Assembly: GCA_038997355.1 (NCBI GenBank) | Contig: JAWBAC010000002.1 | Span: 1-55,934, forward strand | Direction of reading: 5' to 3' | Length of the DNA stretch: 55,934 nucleotides | From: Candidatus Aenigmatarchaeota archaeon | GTDB lineage: Archaea; Aenigmatarchaeota; Aenigmatarchaeia; CG10238-14; SpSt-28 | Part shown: one piece after another, positions 17,435-26,116 of the stretch | Position numbering within the stretch: position 1 is the first letter of the stretch | Layout of the letters: each line of letters begins with the position of its first letter | Notes under the pieces: model-generated | Database searches by the model: none | What the model was told of the DNA's origin: nothing | What the model saw: only the letters and a program-made list of their open reading frames with translations | Translations under genes and position numbers: made by a program

Positions 17435-18253
17435 TTATGAAAATTCCTTAGAGAAATTATTCCACGCAACTTCTAATATTGGCTTAATTAGGTTTTTAGC
17501 AACGTTTTCACTTCTTGTCCATAATGCTAAAGCTTGATTTGGCGCAACATTTTTTAAGTCTGTTAAACTCATTATTACATTTTCGTCATCAACCACTATT
17601 ACATTACCTTCTATGGGGAGCTTATCTTTCTCTATAGTTCTCAATTCTCCGAAAACTTTTAAGGATTTTAATGCATCAACTTCCTTTAAATCTGTTGCTA
17701 AGAATCTTATATCTATGTTTCTTTCTTTTGCTTTAACCAATAAGTTTGTAAATCTTTCATAAATTTCCTTTAAAACTTCGCTACCAGCAACTATTTGAAT
17801 TGAAGATTTTGCATTTTTTAATGCATATTCTATTTCATCAAAGAAAGATTTTAATCCTCTTATAGTACCAGTTAATTCTTCTGGTTGAATTTTTTGAATT
17901 CTCTTTTCAAAAATTTCCTTTAATTCTTTCATTATCTCACTGCTTTTAATTTCATCAATTCTTCTTTTCATTTCGTTAATTTTCTCTTCAAACCTTTTCT
18001 TATATCTTTCTAATGCTTCTTCCGGATCTATTGCAATATATCTTACAGGTCTTGTTTGCTGAATTATTACAAAGCCTTTATCTGCCAGACTCTCTAAAGT
18101 ATCATATGTCCTAGATCTAGGAACTTGAGCAAGATCTGCTAACTCACCAGCTGTTGCACTACCTCTAGCTAGTAAAGCTACATAAAGTTTTCTTTCGTAT
18201 AGGTTTAGACCTATTGTTTTTAGTGCATCTAAAACCTTTTGGTTGGCTATCAT
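17435..18253 (-). CDS. TrmB-family transcriptional regulator
   Basis: N-terminal LGLNLYERKLYVALLARGSATAGELADLAQVPRSRTYDTLESLADKGFV plus a ~170-aa C-terminal effector-like domain. Confidence 0.8.
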   Translation of the reverse strand: MIANQKVLDALKTIGLNLYERKLYVALLARGSATAGELADLAQVPRSRTYDTLESLADKGFVIIQQTRPVRYIAIDPEEALERYKKRFEEKINEMKRRIDEIKSSEIMKELKEIFEKRIQKIQPEELTGTIRGLKSFFDEIEYALKNAKSSIQIVAGSEVLKEIYERFTNLLVKAKERNIDIRFLATDLKEVDALKSLKVFGELRTIEKDKLPIEGNVIVVDDENVIMSLTDLKNVAPNQALALWTRSENVAKNLIKPILEVAWNNFSKEFS

Positions 18254-18323
18254 AGAAAGATTTAAAACTTAAAAAATTTATTTTTTTAGTATATTCATTC
18301 ATTCAGATTTAACCAATAATTTT

Positions 18324-18395
18324 TGGACCGGGCGGGATTCGAACCCGCGGCCTCCTGCTTGCGAAGCAGGCGCTCTTCCTCTGAGCTACCGGCCC
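18324..18395 (-). tRNA. tRNA-Ala (anticodon CGC)
   Basis: Minus strand GGGCCGGTAGCTCAG...CCTGC-TTCGCAA-GCAGG...GCGGGTTCGAATCCCGC-CCGGTCC-A. The G3:U70 alanine identity pair is present. Confidence 0.9.
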
Positions 18396-18438
18396 CCATA
18401 GCTATAATTTTTTCATTTATCAAAACGTTAAAAATCTT

Positions 18439-18867
18439 ATGGAAAGGATAAAAAAAGATTTAAAGTTTTTTATTACTTTGGAAAAATTAAGAAAAGCTAG
18501 AGAAAAAGAAAAAGTGAGTGAAAGAGAGATTATGAAAGCTCTTATAGATAGTTATAATAACAGAATTTATTTTGATTCTTTATCCGAGCTAATCAATTAT
18601 TTAAAATCTAAATTCCCAGATAAAAACTTACCAAAAAAAGAGATAATGAGAAGAATAGCAACAAGAGCTGGATATAAAATAAAATATGTTTGTAAAAGAG
18701 TTGAAAGACCTTTAGAAAAGTGCCCTATATGCGGATTACCATTGTTTGAGAAAATTTCTTTTAATCTGAAAGGAGAGAAAATAGTAGAATATTATTATTG
18801 CAAATTTTGTAATTATAAAAGTAGAGATAGAAAGGATTTGCCGATAAAATTTAAGTTTATTCTGTAG
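18439..18867 (+). CDS. Hypothetical protein, possible ribbon-helix-helix N-terminus plus C-terminal zinc ribbon
   Basis: CPICG...CKFCNY four-Cys ribbon. N-terminal KVSEREIMKALIDSY is RHH-like. No family recognised. Confidence 0.4.
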   Translation: MERIKKDLKFFITLEKLRKAREKEKVSEREIMKALIDSYNNRIYFDSLSELINYLKSKFPDKNLPKKEIMRRIATRAGYKIKYVCKRVERPLEKCPICGLPLFEKISFNLKGEKIVEYYYCKFCNYKSRDRKDLPIKFKFIL

Positions 18868-19609
18868 CTCTTGGTGCTACTACAAAATCTAATATTAATC
18901 TATCTGTTTCTTTGAACGTTAGTTTAATTGGATAATCTGTTGCCCACTGAATTATTACGGTATCAGCAACCTTAGAGACTTTGCTCATGGCAACTAAATA
19001 ATCTAATGGATATCTTGCTTTACTATTTTCTTCTGCTTGTAAATCAAATAATATATCTTGACCTCTCTCTATTTCAATATCCAAAGAGCTTAATTCTCCA
19101 ATTGCGTAAAATCTAATTTTATTCCCATCGGTAGATATCTCAATTTCATCTGCTATTTGTTTTGCATCATCTAAAATCTTTTTAAACCCATCAGCACTCA
19201 ATTCTGCTTTTGCCTTAAATGTTAGTGTATCTATATTTGGTAGTTCTTCTTCTGTTAGAGTTAATATAGGCATTGAAAACTTTCTCTTTGCTGTATTTTC
19301 AAAAAGAATTACTAATTTTCCAGATTCTTCATACATAGTTAATTTATCTTTTTTCGTTCCTCTCTTTAATATTGTTTTTAGTTCATCGAGATTAACTCCT
19401 ATGCTTTCAACATCTTTTTCTAATTCAAATTCTTCAAAGGCAGTAGGTAAAATATTTAATCTTATTACTGAAATCAAAGCTTTGTCAGCGGCTGTGAATG
19501 TTAATCCCTTATTTTTCTCTAACTTTATTATACCTTCTTCGACAAGCTTTGCTATACTATCGAAAACATCTTTGAACATTGTTGTTTCATATGTAGATAT
19601 TTTGAACAT
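18857..19609 (-). CDS. pcn: DNA polymerase sliding clamp PCNA
   Basis: 250 aa with two-domain symmetry. N-terminus FKDVFDSIAKLVEEGIIKL...GLTFTAADKALISVIRLNI and C-terminal PIKLTF...LILDFVVAPR are typical of archaeal PCNA. Confidence 0.9.
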   Translation of the reverse strand: MFKISTYETTMFKDVFDSIAKLVEEGIIKLEKNKGLTFTAADKALISVIRLNILPTAFEEFELEKDVESIGVNLDELKTILKRGTKKDKLTMYEESGKLVILFENTAKRKFSMPILTLTEEELPNIDTLTFKAKAELSADGFKKILDDAKQIADEIEISTDGNKIRFYAIGELSSLDIEIERGQDILFDLQAEENSKARYPLDYLVAMSKVSKVADTVIIQWATDYPIKLTFKETDRLILDFVVAPRATE

Positions 19610-19624
19610 AAAAATATACAGATT

Positions 19625-19906
19625 TTAAATATAAAGATTTTTAAACTTTTCATAAACCTCTAAAACTTTTCCAAATTTTTCATAATCTATTTTTTGTAAA
19701 ATATCCACTATAAAATCTTCTTTATCTTTTGTGAAAAAAACTCTTACAAAATCATTTTTATTTGCTTTGAAGATAGATAAGAATTTAATTTCACTGCCGT
19801 CTAATTTAAAACCTTCGTCATCTATCTCTTTAACCTTTCCATAAGTAAAATATTTACCATCTTTCAATTCTTTTGACAATTCTTCTATTTTCACGAATTT
19901 ATACAT
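19625..19906 (-). CDS. Small hypothetical protein, possible RPA14/Ten1-like OB fold
   Basis: 93 aa between tfs and pcn. It has a beta-rich pattern (GKYFTYGKVKEIDDEGFKLDGSEIKF...DFVRVFF). The functional call is weak. Confidence 0.4.
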   Translation of the reverse strand: MYKFVKIEELSKELKDGKYFTYGKVKEIDDEGFKLDGSEIKFLSIFKANKNDFVRVFFTKDKEDFIVDILQKIDYEKFGKVLEVYEKFKNLYI

Positions 19907-19929
19907 AAAAAATTAAAATACAAAATAAT

Positions 19930-20256
19930 CTATTCAAAGCTTCTCCAAGAGTAGTTACATTTAGTACAAATGTAAAATACTGTAGGTGGCTCATCTGCAG
20001 CTCTTGTTTGTTGAACATAATAATAAGCTTCGTTATTGCCACATTTTGGACAAATAACATTTGTTTTGGGTAATTTCTTTTCTTGTTCAGATTTACCAAT
20101 TACAGTTGCTTCTTCTTTGCTTTCTTTGAATTTACTTTCAAGTTTCACGTCTTTATCGAAATTATAAGATTTATCGCATTTTCTACAGTAAAAAACAACT
20201 TTTCCTTTCTCTCTTTTTGGTATTAATATACTTCCACATTTTGGGCAGGTTTTCAT
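19930..20256 (-). CDS. tfs: Transcription factor S (TFS/RpoM, transcript cleavage factor)
   Basis: Two zinc ribbons (CPKCGS...CRKCD and CPKCGN...CTKCN) and the acidic-hairpin motif QTRAADEPPT. Confidence 0.93.
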   Translation of the reverse strand: MKTCPKCGSILIPKREKGKVVFYCRKCDKSYNFDKDVKLESKFKESKEEATVIGKSEQEKKLPKTNVICPKCGNNEAYYYVQQTRAADEPPTVFYICTKCNYSWRSFE

Positions 20257-20315
20257 TTTATAATATATTGGTCGAACTCCTTAAATATTTTTCTTTGGTG
20301 TTGCAAATACCATTT

Positions 20316-20690
20316 ATGGTAAAAATTATTTCAGAAGAGGAATATTTTCTTTTCAGAATTTTATTTATAATAGGAATAATAGTTGCAGCAGCTATAGCAT
20401 CATGGACATTAATTTATTTTATAAATGAAACTTAAAATATTAAAAAAGAAGAAAAAAGAATAAATTGTTTGTTTGTTGACATAGAAGTAAGAGAATGTAA
20501 GATATTTAACGGAAGTCTAAAGATTACAGTATATAATAAAGGTGCATTTGATTTAAGTGGTTTAATCGATATAATACCTAAAAATGCTTATAAAACAATT
20601 TATATTTTTGCAAAAGAGATTCCTAATTCTATAAAAATAGTTATTAAAGATTGTCCAACGATAATAAAAGAATGTAAAATACAGCAGTGA
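20316..20690 (+). pseudogene. Pilin-like paralog interrupted by a single in-frame TAA (20433-20435)
   Basis: Track ORFs 20217-20435 and 20469-20690 are in the same frame and are separated only by one TAA. The read-through product has a TM helix followed by RINCLFVDIEVREC...VYNKG...DCP..KEC. This parallels GINCALVDFDVKSC...LFNNR...ECP..KEV in the intact pilin at 20745. Confidence 0.5.
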
Positions 20691-20744
20691 AGCTTTTCTG
20701 AGAATTAATATAATATTAAAGCTTTATAGAAAGAAAATATATTT

Positions 20745-21179
20745 ATGAAAGCTATATCTCCATTAATTGCTACTATCATTTTAATAGCATTAACAATAGC
20801 CATTGCAGGTATTTTGGGTTTATGGGCTGCAAGTTATGTTACGACAAGAATGCAAGAGGTAAATAAAACAGGAGAAGGAATAAATTGTGCTTTGGTAGAT
20901 TTTGATGTAAAATCATGTAGAATCGACACTTCTAAAAATAAAATAAGATTAATATTGTTTAATAATAGACCTGTTGATATTAACGGATTTTCTGTATCTT
21001 TTTTTGATTTGGGTTCTAATGGGACGATAGAAAATGTTACTACACTTCAAATAAGCGAAACTCTAAAAAGAAGTGAATATAAAATCATAGAAATTGATTT
21101 ATTATTACCAAACTTCGATAAATTAGAAATTAGAAGTTTAGAATGTCCAGAAAAATTAAAAGAAGTTACTTGTGTTTAA
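20745..21179 (+). CDS. Archaeal type IV pilin-like protein (class III signal peptide)
   Basis: MKAISPLIATIILIALTIAIAGILGLW is the archaeal Pilin_N pattern (K-A|ISP-IAT plus a hydrophobic helix). Confidence 0.8.
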   Translation: MKAISPLIATIILIALTIAIAGILGLWAASYVTTRMQEVNKTGEGINCALVDFDVKSCRIDTSKNKIRLILFNNRPVDINGFSVSFFDLGSNGTIENVTTLQISETLKRSEYKIIEIDLLLPNFDKLEIRSLECPEKLKEVTCV

Positions 21180-21988
21180 AAAGCCGATAAGGAAGAAAAC
21201 ACTATATATCCAAAAATCATCAATATTATGGAGTATCTTAAACCAGCAAGTACATTTCCTTCGCTTATTTTGCCTATTAATAATCCATTAAAAAAACTTT
21301 GTATTAATACCAAATGAAGTAAAATATTGTTAATCTCTTTTAAATCAATTTTTATTTGTTGAGAAGAAGTTATAGAAGGTAATAAGAATTTGATAATTAT
21401 TACCATTATCAACAAAAACATGAAATAAATCATAAATCCTTGAATTTTTGTTGGACTAGAAATCATTTCTCTTTCTCTTCTAACCTTTTCAATTTCAATG
21501 TAACTTCTTATTATAGCTTCTATTAAAGATGCAACATCTCCACCAGCTTTAATTCCTTCGCCGATAGTTATTGATAATCTTCTTATTAATTTTGATTCAC
21601 TTCTTTTTGCTAGGTTTTCTAAAGCTTTTTCAAAAGATATTCCTAGTTTAACTTCGTTATACATCTTTTTAATGAGTGGAGATAAAGCTTTATAATCGTT
21701 ATCCTTAAGAACTTCAAGAATTTTTACTATACTTCTTCCGCTTCTCAAACTTTCTGCCAAATCTCTTAAAAATGAAGAGAAATAAAATTCAATTTCTTTA
21801 ATTCTTTTATTTTTTTGAGAGAAGATAATAAAAACTATTATTAGTGGCAGAAAAATTCCTATAAGATTTAATATAAAGTTTAAAATGAAAAAATTAAAAA
21901 TTCTAGAAAGAAAAAGATTATTAAAAATCAATAGGAATGCTGAAAAAACAAATATAATAATTATTGATAGTATCTCTTCTTTTTTCAT
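21176..21988 (-). CDS. Type IV pilus/archaellum platform protein, single T2SS-F domain (TadC/FlaJ C-half-like)
   Basis: N-terminal TMs, then a cytoplasmic helical domain (FLRDLAESLRSGRSIVKILEVL...EKALENLAKRS...IGEGIKAGGDVASLIE), then C-terminal TMs. Confidence 0.8.
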   Translation of the reverse strand: MKKEEILSIIIIFVFSAFLLIFNNLFLSRIFNFFILNFILNLIGIFLPLIIVFIIFSQKNKRIKEIEFYFSSFLRDLAESLRSGRSIVKILEVLKDNDYKALSPLIKKMYNEVKLGISFEKALENLAKRSESKLIRRLSITIGEGIKAGGDVASLIEAIIRSYIEIEKVRREREMISSPTKIQGFMIYFMFLLIMVIIIKFLLPSITSSQQIKIDLKEINNILLHLVLIQSFFNGLLIGKISEGNVLAGLRYSIILMIFGYIVFSSLSAF

Positions 21989-22839
21989 ATTTCGACTTCT
22001 ACACTCTTTATTATAAATAAGAACAATATGTTCAAGAAAGGCAATATTATATAACTTAATATCTTTAATAGGTCTATTAAGGAAATAAAACCTATGTTAG
22101 TTTGTATAGCTGCCATTACAACAATCATAGAAATTATGAATAGAGGAGAAGATACTACTAAACCAACATATATCTCACTTATTGTACTTAATCTTTGTAA
22201 AAATTCTTCTCTTTTTATTTTCCAATCAAACATCAAATAATCATAAGTTATTTTTAGATAATTTTTTAAATCTCCACCACTTTCTATTATCGAAGCTATG
22301 TTATTTAAAATTTTTTGGAATAATGGAGAACAATTTGTTTTAGAAATGTATCTTAATGCGCTTAAAAAATCTTCTCCATAATTTTCTACTCTTTTTATTA
22401 GTTCTCTTATTTCTTTTGAGATTGCTTCGTATTCTTCAAATTTAGAAATTATCTTAAACATCAAATAAGGTTGAATGTTACTTTCTGCTAATGAGGTCAT
22501 ATGAAAAATAAAATTTAGAATGTTATTTTCAATACTTCTTCTATATTCTGATTCTTTTTGAATAGGTAAAGTATATAAAATTAAAAACGTTGTTATTGGA
22601 AAAATTATTGGAAAGAAATACTTCAAGTAAATTATATTTTCGGGTAATTTTATTGGAAGAAAAAATAATATTACTCCTAAAATTAGCGATATAAAAGTTA
22701 AGAAAAACATTCGAGCAAGATAAAGAGTATATACTTCTTTACTTCTTGTAGAAATTAAAGATTTTTTAATTCTTAAAAATATTTTTTTGTTTTTTACTCT
22801 ATCTACTAACCAAGAAAACAAATTATACTCGAAGCTCAT
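21985..22839 (-). CDS. Type IV pilus/archaellum platform protein, single T2SS-F domain (TadB/FlaJ N-half-like)
   Basis: Same TM-helical domain-TM layout (ILNFIFHMTSLAESNIQPYLMFKII...FLSALRYISKT...IIESGGDLKNYLK). ATGA-type overlap with the next gene. Confidence 0.8.
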   Translation of the reverse strand: MSFEYNLFSWLVDRVKNKKIFLRIKKSLISTRSKEVYTLYLARMFFLTFISLILGVILFFLPIKLPENIIYLKYFFPIIFPITTFLILYTLPIQKESEYRRSIENNILNFIFHMTSLAESNIQPYLMFKIISKFEEYEAISKEIRELIKRVENYGEDFLSALRYISKTNCSPLFQKILNNIASIIESGGDLKNYLKITYDYLMFDWKIKREEFLQRLSTISEIYVGLVVSSPLFIISMIVVMAAIQTNIGFISLIDLLKILSYIILPFLNILFLFIIKSVEVEI

Positions 22840-22848
22840 AAATATATT

Positions 22849-24453
22849 TTAGATTTCTATAACAAAAATATAACCAAGTTTTTTCACTATCTCATTTTCT
22901 TCCAATTTTAATACCAACTCTTTTGCTTTTTCAAATTCTATTAAACCTTCTATACTTTTCATTAGAGTTTCTTTATCTCTATAGTACATCTTTATAACTT
23001 CTCTAACCTCTTCATAATTCCTTTTTCCAGTTTTTAGTAACCATTCCAATACTTTTTTTCTATCTTCGATTTCTTTTTTTGCGGTTTCTAAATTTATTCC
23101 ATATCTTTCGCAAATCTCTCTAATTAATATACTATCATTAACTTTTTCGTGAACATCTTCGAAAGGATTCCATTTATAAGTTACGTTTTGCATTACTTCC
23201 CCTTTCTCGTCTATTCCAGCAATTTCTATTATTTCAATCAATCTTCTTGCAAATTCTCCTTTTTCTTTGACTCTTTTCATTATTATAACTAAATCTAGAG
23301 CTTCTAACAAAACTATTGGCAGTTCGATAGGAGGAGAAATTAATCTTTTGACTAAAGATTTTAAATCTTCTGCATGAAAAGTTGATGCGCTTGCATGTCC
23401 AGATGCCATTCCTTGAAACATTACATAAACTTCTTTACCTCTTGTTTCTCCTACAATAACATAGTCTGGATTCATTCTGAAACTCTCTCTTAATAAATCA
23501 AACAAATTTACCTCTCCATATTTTGAACCACTAGGTAAAGGTATTCCAAAACCAACTCTTGCTACTAAAGGTACCCAATTTTCATGGTAAAATCTTAATT
23601 CTCTAGTATCTTCAATACTAACTATTTTTGCCTCAGGTCTTATAAAAATTCCTAAACTATTCAACAAGCTTGTTTTTCCCGAACCAACACCACCAATTAT
23701 TAAAAAAGATATTTTATGCTCTATTAAAAACCATAAGTATGCAAAAATTTCTGCATTTGCTGTTCTTAGTTCTATCAATTCTATTGGAGAAAACGGTTTT
23801 TCGGTAAACTTTCTTATAGTAAAAGACGGTCCTCTCTGAGAAACCTCTTCACTAAAAGTTGCGCTTACTCTTGAACCATCTGGTAAGCTTCCTTCTAATA
23901 TTGGTTCAGCATATGATACATGCTTTCCACATCTTATTGCAAGTTTTATTATAAAGTCTTTTAATTTTTCTATGTCATTAAAAACAACGTTTGTTTTTAT
24001 ATTTCCAAAATATCTATGAGTAACAAATACAGGTATATCTACTCCATTACAATTAATATCTTCTATGTAAGGATCATTAATTAAGGGTTCGATTTCATTC
24101 AAACCAACGAAGTCCCTATAAATATAATAGCTTATTTTTAAAAATGTCTCACTGTCTATCTTAACATTTAATATTTTTAAAACCTTTTGTAGAACATCTT
24201 TAAGTATTTCCGTCTGTTTTTCCTTTTCTTTTATACTTGTAATATCAACATCTAAATGTTCTAATATAAGTTCTTTTGTTTTTTCTAATAATTTTTTTTC
24301 TGATTCACTAAGTTTTGGCTCTATAACTTCGTAAAATATTATTTTTTCATCCTTTTTGTAAAAGATATGTGCATAAGCAAAAGGTTTTATCAATTCATAA
24401 GTTATATTTAAATCTTCAATTTTTTCAGGAATTTTAATTTCGGTAACCTTCAT
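22849..24453 (-). CDS. Type II/IV secretion-family ATPase (FlaI/PilB/TadA-like)
   Basis: Walker A GGVGSGKTSLLNSL, Asp box SIEDTRELR, Walker B DYVIVGETRG, His box region. Confidence 0.92.
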   Translation of the reverse strand: MKVTEIKIPEKIEDLNITYELIKPFAYAHIFYKKDEKIIFYEVIEPKLSESEKKLLEKTKELILEHLDVDITSIKEKEKQTEILKDVLQKVLKILNVKIDSETFLKISYYIYRDFVGLNEIEPLINDPYIEDINCNGVDIPVFVTHRYFGNIKTNVVFNDIEKLKDFIIKLAIRCGKHVSYAEPILEGSLPDGSRVSATFSEEVSQRGPSFTIRKFTEKPFSPIELIELRTANAEIFAYLWFLIEHKISFLIIGGVGSGKTSLLNSLGIFIRPEAKIVSIEDTRELRFYHENWVPLVARVGFGIPLPSGSKYGEVNLFDLLRESFRMNPDYVIVGETRGKEVYVMFQGMASGHASASTFHAEDLKSLVKRLISPPIELPIVLLEALDLVIIMKRVKEKGEFARRLIEIIEIAGIDEKGEVMQNVTYKWNPFEDVHEKVNDSILIREICERYGINLETAKKEIEDRKKVLEWLLKTGKRNYEEVREVIKMYYRDKETLMKSIEGLIEFEKAKELVLKLEENEIVKKLGYIFVIEI

Positions 24454-24463
24454 AAATTAATTA

Positions 24464-24763
24464 TTATTGTTTCAATTTTTTTCTTACTGCTTTTCCAGGC
24501 TGAACTACTCCTAAGAATCTTGCACATTTTGGACAAACCCTTAATTTTACACTACCTAAACTTATTAAGTTTGGATTTACGCTATTCAATATTAAAGAAT
24601 CTTTTATTACGTATTTTTTGTAAATAGGAAAGGTTTTGTATCTTGGATATAATCCGCCACAAAGATCACAATGTATATGATACTCATTACCTCTAGCTTT
24701 TGTATGTTCATATGTTCTTTTGTAAGGAGCTTTACTTATTGGCATACAAAAGATAAAAGTCAA
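24464..24763 (-). CDS. rps26e: Ribosomal protein eS26-like
   Basis: A basic N-terminus followed by HIHCDLCGGLYPRYK...LRVCPKCARFLGVV follows the S26e pattern (HV.C..C...VPKDKA...YCVSCAIH). The likely true start is M7 (24745). Confidence 0.65.
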   Translation of the reverse strand: MTFIFCMPISKAPYKRTYEHTKARGNEYHIHCDLCGGLYPRYKTFPIYKKYVIKDSLILNSVNPNLISLGSVKLRVCPKCARFLGVVQPGKAVRKKLKQ

Positions 24764-24776
24764 ATTAAATATATAT

Positions 24777-25241
24777 TTATTTTTCTATGTTATCAAAATC
24801 ATAGAATTTTACAAGATTTTTAATAAGTCCTTTCAATTCTTTGTTTTTAACTAATGTACTAACTAATTCTAGCAAATCCCATCTACAAATCGGATAGTAA
24901 GAAAGTTTTTCTATAAGTTTTAGCTCGCTATTATTAATACCTTTTCTTTTCAACAGTTTTACAACTTTCTTTATAAATTGTTGATGCAGTTTTTTAGATG
25001 GCGGTGTTAAAAATAGCGCTTCTTTACATAATATACAGTCAATTTTTTCTAGAACACTTTTATCTTCTTCATAATACTCATTTTCTTCATCTTCTTCATA
25101 GAAATTCTCAAAATGTTGAGAATTTAATTTAGAAATTTCTCTATTTATAAAATCTTTCAGCCGAGTTGAGGGATATTTTCCCCCTCGGCTTTTGTTTTTT
25201 GTATAGAAGTAGATATCTTCATATTTAAGTTTTCTACACAT
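24777..25241 (-). CDS. Hypothetical protein with an acidic tract
   Basis: 154 aa with EEDEENEYYEEDK. No family recognised. Confidence 0.4.
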   Translation of the reverse strand: MCRKLKYEDIYFYTKNKSRGGKYPSTRLKDFINREISKLNSQHFENFYEEDEENEYYEEDKSVLEKIDCILCKEALFLTPPSKKLHQQFIKKVVKLLKRKGINNSELKLIEKLSYYPICRWDLLELVSTLVKNKELKGLIKNLVKFYDFDNIEK

Positions 25242-25330
25242 ATAAAGTTATATGTTGTTTTTGCTAGTTTGTCCATACTAAATATAAAGTATACTTAAAA
25301 TATTTATTCTTTTCTATAATTTGGTTTAGT

Positions 25331-26116
25331 ATGAAAAAAGATTTACTATTACAATTTTTAAAACTTAAAAATGAATTAAAAAACAAAATAGAGGAATTAA
25401 AACAAAAAGATAAAATAGTTTTAGAAAACTATTGGAACGAATATCTTCCAACTAAAAAAGAATATAATTCTGCTGCTATCGATGGTAGTTATAACTATTT
25501 AAGATATAGGTCCTTAGTTTTTTATACAATTAACATATCTTTAGTTGAATATAGAAACAAACAAATAATTAGGAAGAGTTTTCCAGAATTTGATGTTATG
25601 GAAGATTTTATGTTTTTCGAAGATTTTCTGAGAACAGAAATGATAAAAAGAGAACTGTTGTTAGCAGCAGAAAAAATTGAAACTTCTAATATAATGTTAG
25701 ATGGTTCATTAATATCTTTTTTAACTTATGTGCCAGAAGAAATTCGAAAATCATTTTTAGAAAAAGTTGAAACATCTCAGAATTTTATTTTCTCTATATC
25801 TAAAACGCCGATGAAAAGTTTTTCGGAAGTAAATAAAGAGGGGTTTTCAAAAGTAATTTCACATTACGAAAAATACAACATAATCTCTTTTTACTTTAAA
25901 TTAAGAAAAAACTCTCTTATATTTAAAGTTGAGACATTTAAAAAGTTTGAAGATAGAATAGAAGATATAATTTCTTTAATAAGATTTTTTGAGTTTCGAG
26001 GATATCCATATTTACTTAAAAGAGCACACGAAGAAGCAAAAATTAGCAATAAAGACATTCAAAAATTTGCAAAACTTTTAGGAATAAGAGAAAAAACAGG
26101 AAGAGAAATATTATGA
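25331..26116 (+). CDS. nurA: NurA-like 5'-3' nuclease
   Basis: The AAIDGSYNY catalytic-Asp motif, a second LDGSLISF block, and translational coupling to HerA (ATGA overlap). Confidence 0.7.
   Translation: MKKDLLLQFLKLKNELKNKIEELKQKDKIVLENYWNEYLPTKKEYNSAAIDGSYNYLRYRSLVFYTINISLVEYRNKQIIRKSFPEFDVMEDFMFFEDFLRTEMIKRELLLAAEKIETSNIMLDGSLISFLTYVPEEIRKSFLEKVETSQNFIFSISKTPMKSFSEVNKEGFSKVISHYEKYNIISFYFKLRKNSLIFKVETFKKFEDRIEDIISLIRFFEFRGYPYLLKRAHEEAKISNKDIQKFAKLLGIREKTGREIL

Noticed and set aside
19899-20099. A 66-aa minus-strand ORF overlapping the 3' part of tfs in another frame.
   Set aside because: TFS is unambiguous and occupies this DNA. The alternative frame has no recognisable features.
20433-20435. 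The TAA inside the pilin paralog could signal stop-codon reassignment.
   Set aside because: TAA terminates many well-defined genes in this window at the expected protein ends, including L24e and the GIY-YIG gene. A pseudogene or a sequencing error is far more likely.
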